Virus record (IMG/VR): IMGVR_UViG_3300022217_000075
Span: 1-38,677 of that record
DNA length: 38,677 bases
Direction: 5' to 3' (one strand)
Origin: a virus
Lineage: Duplodnaviria > Caudoviricetes
Positions 35,176 through 38,677 of the stretch are shown piece by piece. Every line of letters starts with the position of its first letter. Position 1 is the first letter of the stretch. The position numbers and the translations under genes are program-made. The notes below the pieces were generated by a model that worked only from the letters and a program-made list of their open reading frames with translations, had not been told where the DNA came from and made no database searches.

Positions 35176-35724
35176 TCAGCCCTCCAGTTCTCTTTGTATG
35201 ATCTCGGGATCTTCGAGCCCCATTGCCGAGTAACTCTCAGCGATTGCCTCTGCCTCTGCCCCTTCTACCGTAGTCTCGTTTGTTCTGTGTACGGTGGTCC
35301 AGACAGTTTCCTCATATACATAGAGGATGCGCTTAGTACCGGCTTCCGAGATCAGGGTACATGGCCCCTCTAACTCTTCGACGCCCTTACCTTCTGTGAC
35401 ACATCGCACGCGGCCCTTCGATATGAAGTTGAAGTGTACGTGCTTGTGGATCTGTCCGATGATAATTGAGTTCGCCGGGAGTGTGATCTCCCTCATATAC
35501 ACGCCGCCTGCGAATCGGTGTATCAATGGCGGTGATGCTTTCAACACCTCGTCGAATGCCTGGGGCTGCAGCTGACACATTGCGCGGAAGTCGTGATCGA
35601 ACTGTAAGATCTTCTTCCTGAGATCCAGGCGGGAGTCCTTTGGTGTGACAGTCTCCATCCAGTGCAGCGCCACGTTGTCATCTACCAGCGTGCCGGGCTT
35701 ACGTTCACATGATGCGCAGGTCAT
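35176..35724 (-). CDS. Cupin-fold protein
   Basis: HRFAGGVYMREI..P....IIGQIHKH.H...ISKG...GTKR....EETVWTTVH. Confidence 0.8.
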   Translation of the reverse strand: MTCASCERKPGTLVDDNVALHWMETVTPKDSRLDLRKKILQFDHDFRAMCQLQPQAFDEVLKASPPLIHRFAGGVYMREITLPANSIIIGQIHKHVHFNFISKGRVRCVTEGKGVEELEGPCTLISEAGTKRILYVYEETVWTTVHRTNETTVEGAEAEAIAESYSAMGLEDPEIIQRELEG

Positions 35725-37037
35725 ACGACTCCCTCCCTAAATGGATCGAACTCGGTGAGCATCTTCGCGGGCTCTTGATTCGGATTCGTGTATGCCTCAA
35801 CCATGATCGTCGGGATCACTGCGAAGGTACGGAGCGCGTCGGCTGCATGACAGTTGTTATCGTGCAACGGCTTCTTATCAACCTTATCCTTTTCGATGTC
35901 TACCTTATAGCGGTAGCGCCTGAGATACTGAATGCCCTCACCTGTCTTCGCGTGATCGAACCACATGGCCGGGAACACTGTACGTGTTGCGTGGATCCCA
36001 TCCTCTACGCTGAGCTTCGGTGCCACCTCGACCTGGAAGCCGAGCGACTTAAGCGAGCCCTCTATTGTCTTCTCAGCTCCGAGGTGTTCATGTGCTCCGT
36101 CATGGGGGAGATAGCACTTACCATAAACGTAGTTAGGTTTCTCTTGCAGCACCTTCGCGTAGTGGCCGATCTTCTTATGTGAGTTCTGGTAGAAGTCGAT
36201 GACGCGCCACTGGAAGCCGACCTTCTGGATGAACCATATTGATGTGCAGTCGCTAAAGCCAAGATCCCAGAATGTGCTGACCAGGTTGTGAGGATCATGG
36301 GGTACGGTGGTAATACGATTCTCCGCTTCTGCGTCGCGCAGCTCGTCGGCGTAGATAGCACCCTCCAGGGCAACTTTGCACTTACCCTCCCAGATATTAA
36401 GGTACGCGTCGAAGTCCTTTTCCTTGAGATCATCTTTCTCTTGTCTAAGCACTTCGGGGAACCACGGATTCTCTGACCAGTTAAGGTATTTTACGAATGA
36501 GTTCTTAGGTGGGTTGATTGCAAAGCGTTGATGAGTCTCGTCACTCTCAAGCTCGGGGTTATAGGATACCCAGATCTCTGAGCCTTCCTTCCTTATAGTG
36601 GGGATCAACACTTCCCAGCTGGACTTCGTTACCGGCGCAGCTTCTTCTACCCACGCGATATCAATGCCCTCGTATGACTTGATCTGTGACGCGTTGTGCC
36701 TGAGCCCCTCGAAGAAGAACTCCGTGCCGTTGCGTCCCTTAATGGATGCTGTTTGTACTTCGTAAAAGTTCTGGAGGTTGAGATCTACGATACGATCAGA
36801 TAGGAGTTTGTGAACGGAGTCTTTAATGCTCTTCATAAGCTCCCGAGCACATAAGATCCTGAGCTTACGTTTGCGGCCCATGACCAGGAGCGCGATTGCT
36901 ATGCCCCATGACTTACAGCCACCACGCCCGCCGTACAATACTTTGTAACGCTTCGGGTGGAACATAGGACGCAGCAGCTCCGGGTATTTCATGGGAGTCT
37001 CCTCGCCGTCCTTTGCCTGGCCGATCCAGTTGTTCAA
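35721..37037 (-). CDS. terL: Terminase large subunit (PBSX-like)
   Basis: YGGRGGCKS (Walker A), CARE...SI.DSV, WVEEA (Walker B), SYNP, nuclease WDLG..D and HAADA.R. Confidence 0.96.
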   Translation of the reverse strand: MNNWIGQAKDGEETPMKYPELLRPMFHPKRYKVLYGGRGGCKSWGIAIALLVMGRKRKLRILCARELMKSIKDSVHKLLSDRIVDLNLQNFYEVQTASIKGRNGTEFFFEGLRHNASQIKSYEGIDIAWVEEAAPVTKSSWEVLIPTIRKEGSEIWVSYNPELESDETHQRFAINPPKNSFVKYLNWSENPWFPEVLRQEKDDLKEKDFDAYLNIWEGKCKVALEGAIYADELRDAEAENRITTVPHDPHNLVSTFWDLGFSDCTSIWFIQKVGFQWRVIDFYQNSHKKIGHYAKVLQEKPNYVYGKCYLPHDGAHEHLGAEKTIEGSLKSLGFQVEVAPKLSVEDGIHATRTVFPAMWFDHAKTGEGIQYLRRYRYKVDIEKDKVDKKPLHDNNCHAADALRTFAVIPTIMVEAYTNPNQEPAKMLTEFDPFREGVV

Positions 37038-37591
37038 GTTTCTCTTCCTTCCTTAGCGCCTACGAATGTGATGTTGAACCCTGCGATATCCACTGCGCCT
37101 GAGAGATCTATCCTGTCAGTGAACAGTTGTAAGTGTCTTCCGAGTTGATCCAGTGCCTTGCCCTTATCGTTCAGTTTAATCTTGACTCGCTTCACATCTT
37201 TCAGTTCTTCGCCGTTGCCCTCGGTGTAACTATCGACTGTGATTTCCCCGAGCGCCGCAGCCTGCTCGCGTGTCATGTTACTGAGATCCACGATTGCTGT
37301 GCCGTCGGGCTGCACTTCCATGTAGTCGAGTATATTTGAGAACGCGCTCTTCGCTATCTCGCGCAGCACTCTATCTTTCGTGATCTCCAGCTTCTCTGCT
37401 CGTGCTAGTTTGAGATCGTCAATCAGCTTCCTAACCTCAACATTTGTTAACAGCCTGGATCCCTGGGACTCTGCTGTTTTCTTCGAGTAGCCAGTACGAA
37501 TCGCAGCCTGCGTCGCATTCAGATCGACCAGGTATTCATGGCAGAACCTCCTTTGCTTCTCGGTCAGTGTTTTCTCTTTGGATTTACTCAT
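37034..37591 (-). CDS. terS: Terminase small subunit
   Basis: LTEKQRRFCHEYLVDLNATQAAIRTGYSKKTA...GSRLL HTH. Start reassigned to ATG 37591 because the longer ORF runs through promoter DNA. Confidence 0.95.
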   Translation of the reverse strand: MSKSKEKTLTEKQRRFCHEYLVDLNATQAAIRTGYSKKTAESQGSRLLTNVEVRKLIDDLKLARAEKLEITKDRVLREIAKSAFSNILDYMEVQPDGTAIVDLSNMTREQAAALGEITVDSYTEGNGEELKDVKRVKIKLNDKGKALDQLGRHLQLFTDRIDLSGAVDIAGFNITFVGAKEGRET

Positions 37592-37598
37592 TGCGAAT

Positions 37599-37627
37599 AG
37601 TATGGGAAGATTATTTAATGTTGTCAA
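37599..37627 (-). promoter_or_regulatory. Sigma70-like promoter for the late arm
   Basis: - strand TTGACA (37627-37622), 17 bp, CATACT (37604-37599), ending 7 nt before the terS ATG. Confidence 0.7.
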
Positions 37628-37680
37628 CACTTTAATGGACGTCAAGCAGCATAATTGGAGAGAGAATATGGCAGAGAAAG

Positions 37681-37883
37681 TTAGCACAGAAACACACAAC
37701 ACACGTGCTTCTATTCTATAATATATTTTATCTACCTCCTACCTACATAAGACTTTATTTTTCATTGAAGGTTAAGAGATAATCTGTGTTTCTGTGCTAA
37801 ACTATAATATCCGTATTGAAATCAGTTAGTTACGGTAGCACACATTTATTTAGGATTCTGTGCTACGTGTGCTAATCTGTGCT
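37681..37883. repeat. AT-rich region with a 16-bp inverted repeat and six TGTGCT/AGCACA boxes (putative origin or operator array)
   Basis: TTAGCACAGAAACACA (37681-37696) / TGTGTTTCTGTGCTAA (37785-37800); boxes at 37683, 37793, 37837, 37859, 37868 and 37878. Confidence 0.8.
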
Positions 37884-37952
37884 GCTCAGTTCGTGGTTTC
37901 CGTATACATATCAGCTACTTATAAATAGTAGGTAAATAGGTTACTTTTTTTG

Positions 37953-37981
37953 TTGACAGCTTGGTTGAAAAAAGGTAAGGT
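37953..37981 (+). promoter_or_regulatory. Sigma70-like promoter for the early/replication arm
   Basis: TTGACA (37953-37958), 17 bp, TAAGGT (37976-37981), with a T-tract upstream resembling an UP element. Confidence 0.7.
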
Positions 37982-38020
37982 GAAAACGCCCGAAAAATTC
38001 CATCGAAAGGAGCCGTTTTC

Positions 38021-38275
38021 ATGCCAAACGTCAAAAATCTCAACGTAGAAGTGCCAGAATCACTGTATAAAGAGGCGAAATTATTTTGTGTTTCGAGGGA
38101 TATCTTTTTGAAGGACTTCATCGAAGCATCACTTTTAGTGGCCTTGCGAGCTCAAGGCTCAGAGCAGGGAGCCCCGGAGTGTGACCATAGTAAAGGACTC
38201 TGCTGGGGAGTTTGCGGTTTAGATCCGAAGAAGGTATGGCACAAACATAATCCCAGAGACGTCGGACCATTCTAA
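38021..38275 (+). CDS. Ribbon-helix-helix (CopG/Arc/ParG-like) DNA-binding protein
   Basis: KNLNVEVPESLYKEAKLFC......LKDFIEASL strand-helix-helix pattern; SD AAGGAG; Cys/His-rich C-tail. Confidence 0.75.
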   Translation: MPNVKNLNVEVPESLYKEAKLFCVSRDIFLKDFIEASLLVALRAQGSEQGAPECDHSKGLCWGVCGLDPKKVWHKHNPRDVGPF

Positions 38276-38287
38276 AGGAGAGCTGCT

Positions 38288-38677
38288 ATGGCGCAATCGA
38301 AACACGCAGCTCTCGCCGCTGCACGTCTAACAGAGTCGGGGCTCACTGCTCAGGATGCGAAGTTATTGAAGCTCGAAGTACTCCCGGCAGCGAAGATCAA
38401 AAAGCTCAACACTGAGTTCCACGAACTGCCCGCATTAAAGATAAACTATCACGATCCTCGTGACCTCACGAAGACGTTGAACGCTCACCCGAAGTGGCCA
38501 GCGTTCTATCGAATCAGATACCTCGACACTCCAAAAGGTTTCGCAGGAATGACTGAGAAGCCTCAGCGATATGCTCAGCCCTCACGGACTGGAGTGTGCG
38601 CATACTTCCCTCGTAATGCTGACTGGCCGAAGATTATAAAGAACACGAAGATCCCTATCTTTGTAACAGAGGGAGAG
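38288..38677 (+). CDS. DUF3854-type TOPRIM primase, N-terminal part (runs off window; not in ORF track)
   Basis: Translated by hand: MAQSKHAALAAARLTESGL...FYRIRYL...RYAQP....AYFP...IPIFVTEGE. Open to the window end; SD AAAGGAG. Confidence 0.8.
   Translation, partial: MAQSKHAALAAARLTESGLTAQDAKLLKLEVLPAAKIKKLNTEFHELPALKINYHDPRDLTKTLNAHPKWPAFYRIRYLDTPKGFAGMTEKPQRYAQPSRTGVCAYFPRNADWPKIIKNTKIPIFVTEGE

Noticed and set aside
37592-37702. 37-aa hydrophobic N-terminal extension of TerS in the ORF track
   Set aside because: It runs through the predicted promoter and AT-rich repeats, and TerS similarity starts at Met 37591.
37915-38121. 68-aa - strand ORF as a divergent repressor
   Set aside because: It overlaps the RHH gene and its promoter in antisense and has no HTH pattern.
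1-38677. Stop-codon reassignment, introns or inteins
   Set aside because: Core genes are intact in the standard code, TAA, TAG and TGA all serve as stops, and PolA, TerL and the helicase have ordinary lengths.

Overview
Most of a dsDNA tailed-phage genome of podovirus type, with two gene arms. The + strand arm (1-7978, resuming at 38021 to the window end) encodes replication and recombination functions: a truncated TopoVI-A/Spo11-like TOPRIM protein, a Zn-binding SSB-like protein, family A DNA polymerase, a Cas4-like PD-(D/E)XK nuclease, VRR-NUC, an SNF2 helicase, an RHH regulator and the N-terminus of a DUF3854-type primase. The - strand arm (37591 down to 7975) is a BPP-1-like morphogenesis operon: TerS, TerL, cupin, two paralogous basic proteins, portal, Bbp19-like protein, scaffold, major capsid, Bbp16-like cement, adaptor, nozzle, three ejection proteins (one a 2637-aa polyvalent protein), tail fibre, lysis cassette and a distal virion-accessory cassette. 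The arms diverge from an AT-rich, repeat-rich region (37592-38020) with two sigma70-like promoters and converge at one CTAG that serves as both stop codons. The most notable items are the polyvalent ejection protein (ADP-ribosyltransferase-like, HExxH and uncharacterised domains), a structured element upstream of the SSB gene, a nozzle with nested accessory domains, an atypical lysis cassette and a probable leaderless late transcript. No integrase, tRNA, CRISPR array or reverse transcriptase is visible. All family calls come from motif recognition and gene order by eye; no database searches were run.
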